Source: a virus. Taken from it: a DNA stretch of 64,000 nt. The DNA is taken from positions 57,673 through 121,672 of IMG/VR virus record IMGVR_UViG_3300034121_000940, one strand, 5' to 3'. Below are positions 10,322 through 19,534 of this stretch, piece by piece. A program made the translations under genes and the position numbers. A model generated the notes under the pieces. It was given only the letters and a program-made list of their open reading frames with translations. It was not told the origin of the DNA and ran no database searches. Each line of letters opens with the position of its first letter. Positions within the stretch are counted from its first letter, which is position 1.

Positions 10322-10430
10322 AATTAAATTTTTTTGGTTTATATTATTTGGTAAATATAATAAATTTAAACTTAAATTTTATTAAGCTTATAATTTTTAT
10401 AAACACACTTTAATTTTTCAATTTACTTTA

Positions 10431-11402
10431 CTAACCTATTTGATTCACAGTAATTATTGTTGATGGAATTGCTGGTCCACCCATTGCACCTGTATTATAT
10501 TGTAATACTATGTGATCATTATCTGAACCCCAATATATTTCTACATAATCATTTGCTGATACTGCTAAAAAGAAATTCCAAGCAGCAACAATATAAGGAC
10601 TATTTGTATTTACATTTACTCTTGTATTTGTATCAGGAACTGCAACTCCATTTTTTGTTAACCATATTTCTACAGTATTACCATTTCCACCACCACCAGT
10701 ATTATGTAATTGAAATGAAAAAGCAAAATTATATATACCTGTATTACTAGCTTTTATTCTACTGTTATTGATTACGTTGAACCCGTTAGTACAAGAAAGA
10801 TCTGTTTGTCTAACTAATACAGGTTGACCTGTTGATAAAGCATTTACAGATTGTGTTGCAACATCATAAAAAGAACCTCTATATCCACCAACTGCACCTG
10901 GTACACCTTGAATACCCTGAATTCCTTGTATTCCTTGAATCCCTTGAGGACCCTGAATACCTTGAATACCTTGAATACCTTGTGGTCCTTGTAAATCTCC
11001 TGCATCATTCCATGTATTAGTTAATGTATCCCATACATATAAAGAACCATCTGATTCAATAATCCATGCTGTACCAGCTGTTCCTGGAGAACCACCAGCG
11101 CCAGCTAAAAAACTTGCTAAATCAGGATATGATCCTAATACAGTTAGAGCAGCTCCAGTTTCTCCTTGTATTCCTTGAGGTCCAGCAATTCCTTGTGGAC
11201 CTTGTGGACCAGGTATGCCTTGTGGACCTTGTGTTCCTGTGCCTACTTGAGAAATAAAATCTGCTACGGATATTGCACCGGTTAAATAATCATCATCACG
11301 TCTTTTATCTTTTATACCAATAGGTAAAAGTGTTTTTGCTGGATCAATAACATGAAAAAGTCTTTTATCTTTTAGCCATGATATAAAATTTAAAATATCC
11401 AT
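10431..11402 (-). CDS. collagen-like (Gly-X-Y) fibre protein with a C1q/BclA-like C-terminal domain
   Basis: Two GPQ/GIQ tracts; C-terminal GIYNFAFSFQL...NDYVEIYW beta domain. Confidence 0.75.
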   Translation of the reverse strand: MDILNFISWLKDKRLFHVIDPAKTLLPIGIKDKRRDDDYLTGAISVADFISQVGTGTQGPQGIPGPQGPQGIAGPQGIQGETGAALTVLGSYPDLASFLAGAGGSPGTAGTAWIIESDGSLYVWDTLTNTWNDAGDLQGPQGIQGIQGIQGPQGIQGIQGIQGIQGVPGAVGGYRGSFYDVATQSVNALSTGQPVLVRQTDLSCTNGFNVINNSRIKASNTGIYNFAFSFQLHNTGGGGNGNTVEIWLTKNGVAVPDTNTRVNVNTNSPYIVAAWNFFLAVSANDYVEIYWGSDNDHIVLQYNTGAMGGPAIPSTIITVNQIG

Positions 11403-11413
11403 AATGTATAATA

Positions 11414-11626
11414 TTATGGATTATAAACAATAAATAATTGACCAGTAGCAGTTCTATAAAAATCACCTGCTTTTAGTCCAGCTGTTAATGCAACTGCATT
11501 ATTAGCATAAACATTATTATTTGCTTGTTCTAATAAATAATTTAAATGTCCAAATTTTACTAATGCTGCATCAGCATCTGTTTTTAAATATAAATCTGGA
11601 GATTGAGGTACAAATTTTTCTGGCAT
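11414..11626 (-). CDS. small structural protein
   Basis: YANNAVALTAGLKAGDFYRT motif common in Bacteroidota phage tail regions. Confidence 0.55.
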   Translation of the reverse strand: MPEKFVPQSPDLYLKTDADAALVKFGHLNYLLEQANNNVYANNAVALTAGLKAGDFYRTATGQLFIVYNP

Positions 11627-11723
11627 GATTTCTAAATTTTAATTGTTATATAATAATATACAAAAAATTTTTAACAAAAAAAAGCCCCAGTAAAACTGAG
11701 GCTATAAATAAATAAACAAAAAT

Positions 11724-11930
11724 TTAACTTATCATTGTTGCAGAAATTAATCCTAATATATATGCTATCATACACATAATGATTACAGTTAAGTTAGCTC
11801 TAGATATTTTTTCTGGATCTTCTTGCCACATATTATATACTTTATGATATGATGGTAATCTCCAAAACTTCTGCAGTTCATACAGAACATACAATGCTAA
11901 CAATCCTATAATCAAATAAACAAAAATCAT
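11724..11930 (-). CDS. two-TM membrane protein
   Basis: Two hydrophobic helices. Confidence 0.6.
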   Translation of the reverse strand: MIFVYLIIGLLALYVLYELQKFWRLPSYHKVYNMWQEDPEKISRANLTVIIMCMIAYILGLISATMIS

Positions 11931-12304
11931 AAACTATCAATTCTACGCTGCAAATATACTAAAGCTTTTTGTAAATCTTCCTTTTCTTTTGCAGGATCTT
12001 TTTTACCAGCTCTTGCTACATACTTAATCACATTACCTAAATAAAAATCTTTATCAAGTTCCCAAGCTTCTAAAACTTTAAAAACTTCGTATGTACTATC
12101 AGCACCACCATAATGCTTTGGTCTTAATGCATCTGGTTGTAATGTAGGAGATGTAATACTAGTCCATTTAGGCATGTTGTCCAATATTCTTTTACTATAA
12201 TCTTGAGGATCAACCCATTTAGGTTCTTGTGTAGCAGATACATTTTCTTTTTTCAAACCTTTCATAACAGTTCTATTATACTCTCCATAACGCATTTCAT
12301 CCAT
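11927..12304 (-). CDS. DUF3310 family (T7 gp1.7-like nucleotide kinase)
   Basis: PKHY...FYLGNVIKYVARAGKK...EDLQKALVYL signature. Confidence 0.8.
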   Translation of the reverse strand: MDEMRYGEYNRTVMKGLKKENVSATQEPKWVDPQDYSKRILDNMPKWTSITSPTLQPDALRPKHYGGADSTYEVFKVLEAWELDKDFYLGNVIKYVARAGKKDPAKEKEDLQKALVYLQRRIDSL

Positions 12305-12305
12305 G

Positions 12306-12581
12306 TTAATATACTATTGCAATGTCAAACTCTTTTACTAATAACTTCATCTCTTCACCGATCATAATCTTTTCAGCAGATTCTAATCCAAATGCTTGTA
12401 CATATATTTGATCACCGACAGCAACTTTTTCTACTTCATCACCTACAGCAAATACTTCAAGCTTTGTCCATTTCTTAATAGCTTCTCTTTCGCGCTCTGC
12501 TTCTTGTGCTGGACTTAATTCAATCACCGGTTTCTCAATAACCGGGATGTTAATTAAAATTCTTTTTCCTAATAGTTTCAT
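12306..12581 (-). CDS. groES: GroES-like co-chaperonin
   Basis: LLGKRILI, EVFAVGDEV..VAVGDQI and LLVKEFDIAIV. Confidence 0.75.
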   Translation of the reverse strand: MKLLGKRILINIPVIEKPVIELSPAQEAEREREAIKKWTKLEVFAVGDEVEKVAVGDQIYVQAFGLESAEKIMIGEEMKLLVKEFDIAIVY

Positions 12582-12589
12582 TTTCTTTT

Positions 12590-12868
12590 TTATTTAAACG
12601 TAATTACTTTTACTACTGCCATTTGTGCACTTACTAATTCTCCCACAGCATGGTCAAATAATAAACTCTTAACTGGATTTCCTGGACCCTCTTGATAAGA
12701 GTCTTTTAGTATGTTAGCTACTTCAGCAAATAATTCTTTTACTTTAGCTACACCAGCATCATTAGATGAATTGAATTCAATCCCTACTAACTGCTCACCA
12801 AATGAAAGTACCTTAGCTTCATTCATACTAATAATAGGTCCACCCATTTCTACAACTGTTTTATTCAT
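12590..12868 (-). CDS. Acb2/Tad1-like helical-hairpin protein (candidate cyclic-nucleotide sponge)
   Basis: SFGEQLVGIEFN.S...VAKVK..FA and C-terminal A..EL..AQMAVVKVITF resemble the A.T.LE.A.MWA.KA helix; recognised by eye. Confidence 0.45.
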   Translation of the reverse strand: MNKTVVEMGGPIISMNEAKVLSFGEQLVGIEFNSSNDAGVAKVKELFAEVANILKDSYQEGPGNPVKSLLFDHAVGELVSAQMAVVKVITFK

Positions 12869-12953
12869 TTCTTTTTTGTTTTATTGATTAATAACCATTG
12901 AAGCCATCCTTTTAATACTTCAACTTTTTGTCTGTTTGTTGACTTGCTCATAA

Positions 12954-13235
12954 CTATTTATTTTCGGTTTTCTTTACTTTAACAAATTTACTCTCGTATT
13001 CATCAGGAGTATAAACACTGAATTGTTCATCATCACCCTTTACTATATAGTATCCAGGACCAACTTTTCTAGGCCCTGTAAAAGTATCTACAAATAAAGT
13101 AAGGACATTTGTATTTACTGGTATTATAAACTCTGCTTTTTTACCTACAAAGTCAAATACTGCTTCTCTGTCATCTTCATTAAATTTGAGCACATCAAAA
13201 TACTCAGGCTTCTTCATACATCTTTCAATCATCAT
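12954..13235 (-). CDS. conserved phage protein of the KKP...T.EG...GDYI.KG..GEF.P..P..F family (possible Acb4-like sponge)
   Basis: MKKPEYFDVLKF...VDTFTGPRKVGPGYYIVKGDDEQFSVYTPDEYESKF. Confidence 0.45.
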   Translation of the reverse strand: MMIERCMKKPEYFDVLKFNEDDREAVFDFVGKKAEFIIPVNTNVLTLFVDTFTGPRKVGPGYYIVKGDDEQFSVYTPDEYESKFVKVKKTENK

Positions 13236-13471
13236 GCATCAAATTTATTATTCATAAAATTCCCAGGAAGCTCATCTACTTCCTCAAGCTCTTCATCAAA
13301 GTCTTTTAATAATAGATCAAATTTTGCTTTTTCTAATAAACCTACCAGAACGGGAATAGATGTTTTATTAACTCTAGCTATTCTTATCTCAAATGTATTG
13401 TCACTATTTGAAACAATTTCCAAAAGGGTAATAGGCTCTTTACTCTTACGCTTACTCTTACTGTTTTTCAT
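13232..13471 (-). CDS. hypothetical protein
   Basis: First ORF of the leftward operon; TATATTTG (-7 box) on the minus strand at 13491-13498. Confidence 0.6.
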   Translation of the reverse strand: MKNSKSKRKSKEPITLLEIVSNSDNTFEIRIARVNKTSIPVLVGLLEKAKFDLLLKDFDEELEEVDELPGNFMNNKFDA

Positions 13472-13738
13472 TAGTAGTTTGTTGGTTCAACAAATATAAA
13501 AAAATTAATTTGTAATGTAAGAGCATATTAAAATAAAAAACCCAAGCAGTAATTCTTGATCAGAGAAACTTACTTGGGTGTTGCTACAGTTATATGGTTG
13601 CTTATAGAGGTAACGCGTTTACACCTATAAATCAGTTCCACTTTCCTGAGCAGAGAAGACCAGAGAGTAAGCGAGCAGTTCTTATGGTATGCCCTCCTGG
13701 CACTGAGCCTGCAGAATAGAATCTACAGGGATGGAGTG

Positions 13739-13812
13739 CGCTTCTTCTAAGGCTCGAACTTAGGACCCCCAGATTAACAGTCTAGTGCTCTAACCAACTG
13801 AGCTAAAGAAGC
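13739..13812 (-). tRNA. tRNA-Asn(GTT)
   Basis: Full cloverleaf GCTTCTT TA GCTC-AGTTGGTTA-GAGC A CTAGA-CTGTTAA-TCTGG GGGTC CTAAG-TTCGAGC-CTTAG AAGAAGC G; CCA not encoded. Confidence 0.93.
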
Positions 13813-14178
13813 AAAAACCCAGGTGAGGAACCTGGGCTTTCATTATTAGGCTAAAGCGGAAACAGCCTTATTTGAACGACACATGCAAATGTAACAACTT
13901 TTCTTACATCACATATATACTCCTAAAAATTTTTTATAAAAATTTTCATGATGTATAAGAACCCCCCCCACATGTTACCAAGTAGTAACTTACCCCATGG
14001 TAATATGGCTGACATAGCTTCATCCATATAGGTATTTGGGAATACTCCATATTAGAGGATGTGGTGGTCCCCCTATCTCACCACCCCCCGCCCCTCAAGC
14101 CTTTGCCCCTACCCCCCATGCTTTCTCAACCACATATTTCATATGTAATATATCTATAACATTTTTTCTAGTGAAAAA

Positions 14179-14451
14179 ATGGTCAACCCTACATACATAA
14201 CAAAATCTTTTGTTATGAGTTCTAAATTTATCCAAACACAAACCTTTCTGGTGAAAGTTTTGAGTTCTCCAAAATTTCCTAAAATGTTTTGTCTCAAACT
14301 TGTCAATAGTGACAAGTTCTTGCCACGCACATTTATCAACAACCTTCCTGCAGGAACCAAGTCTGGTGACTTGATGTTCCTTACAGGTAGGCTGTATACC
14401 AATGCATCTGGCTATGATGCCATCTACATTGACAATGCTAAACCAGCTTAG
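14179..14451 (+). CDS. first rightward (early) hypothetical protein
   Basis: ORF ends in a hairpin plus T-run; the start may be ATG 14215. Confidence 0.55.
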   Translation: MVNPTYITKSFVMSSKFIQTQTFLVKVLSSPKFPKMFCLKLVNSDKFLPRTFINNLPAGTKSGDLMFLTGRLYTNASGYDAIYIDNAKPA

Positions 14452-15170
14452 GCTGGCTTAGCTTTTCTTTTTTCCCTCTCTTCAATCAACCTTTCACTTA
14501 ATTAAAACAACTGTATTGATTGAACTAAACAAATGATGTTATCAAGCAGTTATATTATGTAGCAAAAGGTAATAGAAAAAGTCTGATGACTTTTTCTTTT
14601 TCTTTTCCCTCTTCTTATCAACCCTTAATTTAAAATAAAATAATTTATTAACAATTAAAAACAAAACAAAATGAAAGCAATTTATTTAACTTCTAGAAGA
14701 AGTAAGAAAGGAAACATTTTCCACATCTACAATGTAGTAGGAGCAGTAGCAGAAATTGAAGAGTATAAAAACTCACCAAATTTCAAACAGTATCCTTCAT
14801 TTGGTCCAAATGGAGAAGTGCAGTATTTAACAAACTATATTGCAATGGAAGATGAAGTAGCATTAGTGAAAAAACAAGATGGAAACTTCACATTGGATCA
14901 AGGATCTTTTAACAAAGATGTAGCAAGACTTAATGCTGTTGCAGAAGCATCAGCAGTATTAGCAGATAAGTTTGCAGACAAGTTAGCAGATAAGTTAGCA
15001 GGTAGTGCAAGTGCTAAAAGAGCAACAAAAGCCTTCACTGTTGTAGAAGAAACAGTTGAAGATACTACAGAAAATTTAGATAATATGTAGTAGTAGAAGA
15101 TACTAATGGTTTACACCATTAGTATTTTTTCTTTTTCCCTCTACTAATCAACCATTTATTTAATATAAAA
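14437..15170 (+). repeat. three copies of hairpin + TTTTCCCTCT-N4/5-ATCAACC + AT-rich tail
   Basis: Copies at 14437-14508, 14574-14640 and 15100-15170. Confidence 0.8.
14671..15090 (+). CDS. early hypothetical protein
   Basis: A-rich leader, clean codon usage, flanked by repeat copies 2 and 3. Confidence 0.75.
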   Translation: MKAIYLTSRRSKKGNIFHIYNVVGAVAEIEEYKNSPNFKQYPSFGPNGEVQYLTNYIAMEDEVALVKKQDGNFTLDQGSFNKDVARLNAVAEASAVLADKFADKLADKLAGSASAKRATKAFTVVEETVEDTTENLDNM

Positions 15171-15664
15171 CTTATTATTAAGTTTTCTATTAACTAAATG
15201 CTGTTAAGTATAAGTGTTAATTCACTTTACTCAGCATTAATAGTTTTATAAATACACTCAGTAGCGTGTACTACCTACTACTCACTATCTATTAAGTTGT
15301 GTAGTAAGAATGATCTGCTCACTGTAGAAACATAATATCTTTGTCTCCACCGTGTGTAACAATGAGACTCACTCACTGATAATCAATCAGTTAATTTTTT
15401 GCAAAATTGTGTGCAGATGTGTGTTAAAGTGGGGGAAGGTGTTATACTTCACTACTATTCTAACTCTTCAACAAGTATGCAAAATAGGCTAACTTGCTGT
15501 CTATGAATATTTATATAGCTAAAACAGCATTAAGCATTTCCCTGTTAACAACATATACAGTATGTCTATACATATATTAATCAGTATTACTATTACTTAT
15601 AGTATTGTTATTAGTGTTATGTGCTTTAGGACAGTAAATGCTTCCGGAAACTATATAAAAATAT

Positions 15665-15790
15665 AATATTAATGCACCATATCTACTTCCCAAGGGTAGA
15701 CAGTTGTAATACAAGATTGATCAGTATCCTGATTGGTATAACCAGAAAGGACAGTTATCATAGTATTACAACTGAGTGCAGAGGGATTTA
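15665..15790 (+). ncRNA. twister ribozyme (type P1, with a long P5)
   Basis: UAA-UGCA-CC-AUAU-CUAC-UUCCCAAGG-GUAG-A-[12-bp CAGUUGUAAUAC/GUAUUACAACUG]-AG-UGCA-GAGGG maps onto the twister core (U/A cleavage site, P2, P4, both pseudoknots). Confidence 0.75.
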
Positions 15791-15893
15791 ACTCACACTA
15801 CTGAGTCTGTCACAAGAGTAGTATCCTAACAGTATCCTTAACAGGGCTTGGAAGGGGCTTGTGACTTTTTTATTAATCTCAAAATTATTTCAA

Positions 15894-16178
15894 ATGACAA
15901 ACTATTACTGGACCATGAAAGATGGTAAGAAAATTAACGTGGATGATATGGATATCACTCACCTTAGAAACACTCTCAAGATGATCTTGAGAAATGTAGA
16001 AGCTCAGAAAGCTTTAATAGCTCAAGAAGTATCAAGAAAGAAACATCACATTGAACTTAATGGTGATATGGCACAACAGTTTCATGAAACTTATTTTGCT
16101 GATCAACAACAAGCAGATGAACTCTTTGATGATGATGAAGATTTCCGTTTTATGGATGATTACTATAAAAACCAATAA
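15894..16178 (+). CDS. hypothetical protein (WTMKDG..I...DM...HL.N family)
   Basis: Recurrent phage motif; ATG 15894 preferred over GTG 15861. Confidence 0.7.
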   Translation: MTNYYWTMKDGKKINVDDMDITHLRNTLKMILRNVEAQKALIAQEVSRKKHHIELNGDMAQQFHETYFADQQQADELFDDDEDFRFMDDYYKNQ

Positions 16179-16179
16179 T

Positions 16180-17225
16180 ATGAGTAAATTAATATTTATT
16201 TGGTGGTTACTAAATGGAACAATAACACCAGCAGGAACACATGAAAACCACAAGTTATATACTGTGTGGTTTAAAGATGACAAGTTTGCTGATCATATGT
16301 ATAAAGGAGAAGTTCTCCACTATATTGAAACAGGAGACCTTGAATACAATGAAGAATATGAATTTGAATCTCTTAAAGCAGATAGAGATTAGTGATTAAT
16401 TAAAATTTAAAGTATATGATTTCAAGTAAAAAAAGAAAAGAAAACACAGTTGAAGTGACAAAATTTGTAGCATGTCTTCCAGGATATGAAGACTTCAACT
16501 ATAAACCTGTGAATTATATTCACTCATGGTTCAGAAAGAAAAGTGCAAATGATTATAAAACTGAGAAAGAATGGAAAAAACAGAAATTGAATACAGAATT
16601 AAATCACTAATATTATATAGTGATGCAGTTGAAAGAGCAGACATGCCAATAGAAATGAAACAAGATAAGCTCAATGAAATTGAGAAAGAAAAAATATTTC
16701 TAGAGAATATACTTGAAGACAGAAAGTTTAAAGCTTTTATGAAAGAGTTTCTAATTGGTATGGTACTACTGATATTAGCTAGTATATTATTGTTATTTAT
16801 AGTTATATTTTATGGATCCTAGAACTTGCTATGTAAAGTATGATGTAAATACTTTTAGTGTATTGCTTAGAAGATTACTAACATCTGAAGATGTATATGT
16901 AAAGAATAAGCTTATAGAAATGCTTACTCTCTATACTTATGAGAATGAGAACATGTGTAGGAAGATTATTGATCTTTCTATAGGAACAATGATTCCCGAA
17001 CCTATTAAAACAGGTACCAAAGTAAAAATTGATAAAGAAAAAACTGGTTGGCTTGGTACTAGTGAGAAAGAAATTCTTGATAAGAATACAATAGATGAAG
17101 CTGTATATGGTACTGTGTTATCTTTTAATGGCTATCATAGTTACAATGCATATACAGTTGGCTTCCCAGAAGGTACTGTCAATCTACCTATGGAAGCTGT
17201 ATCAGATGTTACTAGTATTTTATAA
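16180..17225 (+). CDS. four small early hypothetical ORFs (16180-16392, 16416-16610, 16571-16822 with a C-terminal TM, 16812-17225)
   Basis: Tightly packed or overlapping plus-strand ORFs. Confidence 0.6.
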
Positions 17226-17377
17226 ATATTTTGTCCTGTATGGACGCTTTTCCCAGATAATAATATGAGAGAGTTAATAGCTCTCTCTTTATTATTAGCT
17301 ATATAGTGCCATGTTTTTGTTTAATTTTAGTCAGTAATTGTTATTTATGTAATACATTTACTACACATTAATCAAAC

Positions 17378-17644
17378 ATGCTATATCAGTTACCTAACGG
17401 AAAAGTAATTAACATCTCAATTGATCAGTTTCTTGATATGACTGATCAAGATATTCAATACTTTATGTCAGTCAATGGTGGTGATTATTGTAGCAATCCA
17501 TTCACAGAATCAGCTTGTATAGATAATGCAAAGGAAAAGTATTATGACTTTGAATTTCTACCTACTGATGATTTGGATGATATTCCTGATAATAATATCC
17601 CGTTTGATGATATTATAGACTTAACAGAAGGCTTGGATATATAG
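17378..17644 (+). CDS. acidic hypothetical protein
   Basis: MLYQLPNGKVI..., acidic tail. Confidence 0.65.
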   Translation: MLYQLPNGKVINISIDQFLDMTDQDIQYFMSVNGGDYCSNPFTESACIDNAKEKYYDFEFLPTDDLDDIPDNNIPFDDIIDLTEGLDI

Positions 17645-17749
17645 ATGCTTTGACATCTATCTCTTACTGCACTATGAGTAATGGTGTTGGTATAGTATTC
17701 TATTTACTCACAAATTATTCTATTTATTAACTCTCAAAAATTAAAAGAG

Positions 17750-18238
17750 ATGGACTCAAAAGTTAAAGTTGTAGCTGATGCTACTACAGGATTGGTTATT
17801 AACCAAAGTCAAAATCCAGAATTTGGATATGTTAGAGTAGTACAAACCAGAGTTGTTATTGATGACAATGGATTTATGAAAAGAAAAGAGTATTCTGCTC
17901 TTATCCACGGATTAGTTGAAGACTTACAAACTGTTGGTTACTATGATGGTCAAGAACTTGTAGGTAATATTATTGCTGAAGAATCATTAGATCCTTTCAG
18001 TAAAAAAGGTCCTAATAAACCTAAAACTGCAGGTGATACTAATGTAGTATGTACATTAGGTGGTTTTCCAATCTACAGAAGAACTAAATACACAACTAAA
18101 TCTAATGCAGAAGATATCTTAATTGCACATGACAACAAAGCAGAAGTTAAAGCTGCTTATGCTAATGCTGCTAATAAGAAACCTGCAATGCAACCAAATG
18201 AATCATTTGATTCAGCATCAGAAGATTTTAATTTATAG
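17750..18238 (+). CDS. hypothetical protein, possible ssDNA-binding OB-type fold
   Basis: Beta-rich with an acidic-aromatic C-terminus (SASEDFNL). Confidence 0.5.
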   Translation: MDSKVKVVADATTGLVINQSQNPEFGYVRVVQTRVVIDDNGFMKRKEYSALIHGLVEDLQTVGYYDGQELVGNIIAEESLDPFSKKGPNKPKTAGDTNVVCTLGGFPIYRRTKYTTKSNAEDILIAHDNKAEVKAAYANAANKKPAMQPNESFDSASEDFNL

Positions 18239-18243
18239 TAATT

Positions 18244-19140
18244 ATGGAAAAAGTAGAAATAATTAGAGCTGAGTTAAAAGAATTAACTAATAAAGCTTTA
18301 GAAATGTTACTAAAAAACTGTAACACAGATGATGTTGATTTTAATACACCAGCATCTAGACTCCATATGCATTTAGAAGATGCACTTTGGGAAATATCTT
18401 GCTTACATAAAGAAGATTTAAAATAGTAAATAACAAAGAGCCTGTTACGGCAGGCTCTATTTTATGATTTCAAAAATGTATATGATTATGGAAAAGCTAA
18501 AACAAGACATCAAGAATTACATGCTTGAACCTGGTAAATACCAAGTATTTGAGCAAGATAAATATTCTACATACCAGAACTATCTTTATAAGAGAGCTCT
18601 ATATGGTTTAGAATCTTTATCTAAAGAAGAACTTGCTACTATGTGTAGTAAGAAAAGGTCCAGAATCCTGAATGTTTATAACAGAGCACAGATAGTTGTG
18701 AATAATTATAAACATAAGATAACTAAGCAGTTAACTGATAAATTATTATTGTCATTATTTCCTAGTAGCTCAATCATAAATGAGATTACTGCTTATGATG
18801 AGATAGACAATAACTTTAAGAATACACTTACTTTTAAAGATTTGTGTATACATAAAGACCATCTAGTTGAGCTGTTTATACTTGAAGGAGTTCTTCCTAA
18901 AAATTTCTTATCTTTGGAAAAATAAAAACCAACATGAGAAAAAATGATACCAAGCCAGCATTTGCTACTGTACATGCTGGCATTCTTCAACCAGGTATGA
19001 ACAAAAGAGAATATGTTTACAATTCAGTTTCACAAGGTTTATTATCTAGCGGTAACTGGACAGGTATTGAAGAAGGATTTCCTGTTAGGGTAAAGCAAAT
19101 TTCTGAACAAATCTTAAATTTAATGGATGAAAAAGCTTAA
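18244..19140 (+). CDS. three hypothetical ORFs (18244-18426, 18464-18925, 18934-19140)
   Basis: ORF track; terminator-like hairpin at 18437-18463. Confidence 0.6.
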
Positions 19141-19519
19141 AGTTTGCAGTGGTTGCAACAAAGAAGCTATCATATGGAAAAATCATGAGGGTAATAAGTA
19201 TTGTCAATACTGTTGGAATAAGGTCAAATCAGATGACCCTGAACATAAGAATGTAATTCCTACAGTATCTGATAAGAGAAAGAAACAAGATGCTGAGTAT
19301 TTAAAACTCCGCTATAGATTCCTTAGTGAGAATACTATGTGTAAAGTTAGTGTTGCTGGTTGTTCTACAAAAGCAAGTGATGTACACCACACATTTGCAG
19401 GAGCCAATAGAGATGCTTTTTATTTAATACAAAGCACATGGTTACCTGTCTGCAGAAACTGTCATGACTGGATACATTTACACAGTAAAGAAGCTAGGTT
19501 AATGGGGTGGCTTAAATAA
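19127..19519 (+). CDS. Zn-finger HNH-type nuclease (NinG/Ref-like)
   Basis: CSGC, CQYC, C....C...DVHH...VCRNCHDWIH. Confidence 0.7.
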   Translation: MKKLKVCSGCNKEAIIWKNHEGNKYCQYCWNKVKSDDPEHKNVIPTVSDKRKKQDAEYLKLRYRFLSENTMCKVSVAGCSTKASDVHHTFAGANRDAFYLIQSTWLPVCRNCHDWIHLHSKEARLMGWLK

Positions 19520-19534
19520 TTAAAAATAATCAAC

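Noticed and set aside
3831-11402. Diversity-generating retroelement targeting the tail fibres
   Set aside because: No reverse transcriptase in the window, and I saw no repeat pair differing only at adenines.
13675-13738. HDV-like / theta ribozyme next to tRNA-Asn
   Set aside because: GCC-CTCCT-GGC looks like P3/L3 but lies on the strand opposite the tRNA, and it lacks a P1.1 GG and a convincing P1/P2.
14437-15170. CRISPR array
   Set aside because: Only three degenerate copies with uneven spacing, and one interval holds a gene. The Cas4-like nuclease is a typical stand-alone phage exonuclease.
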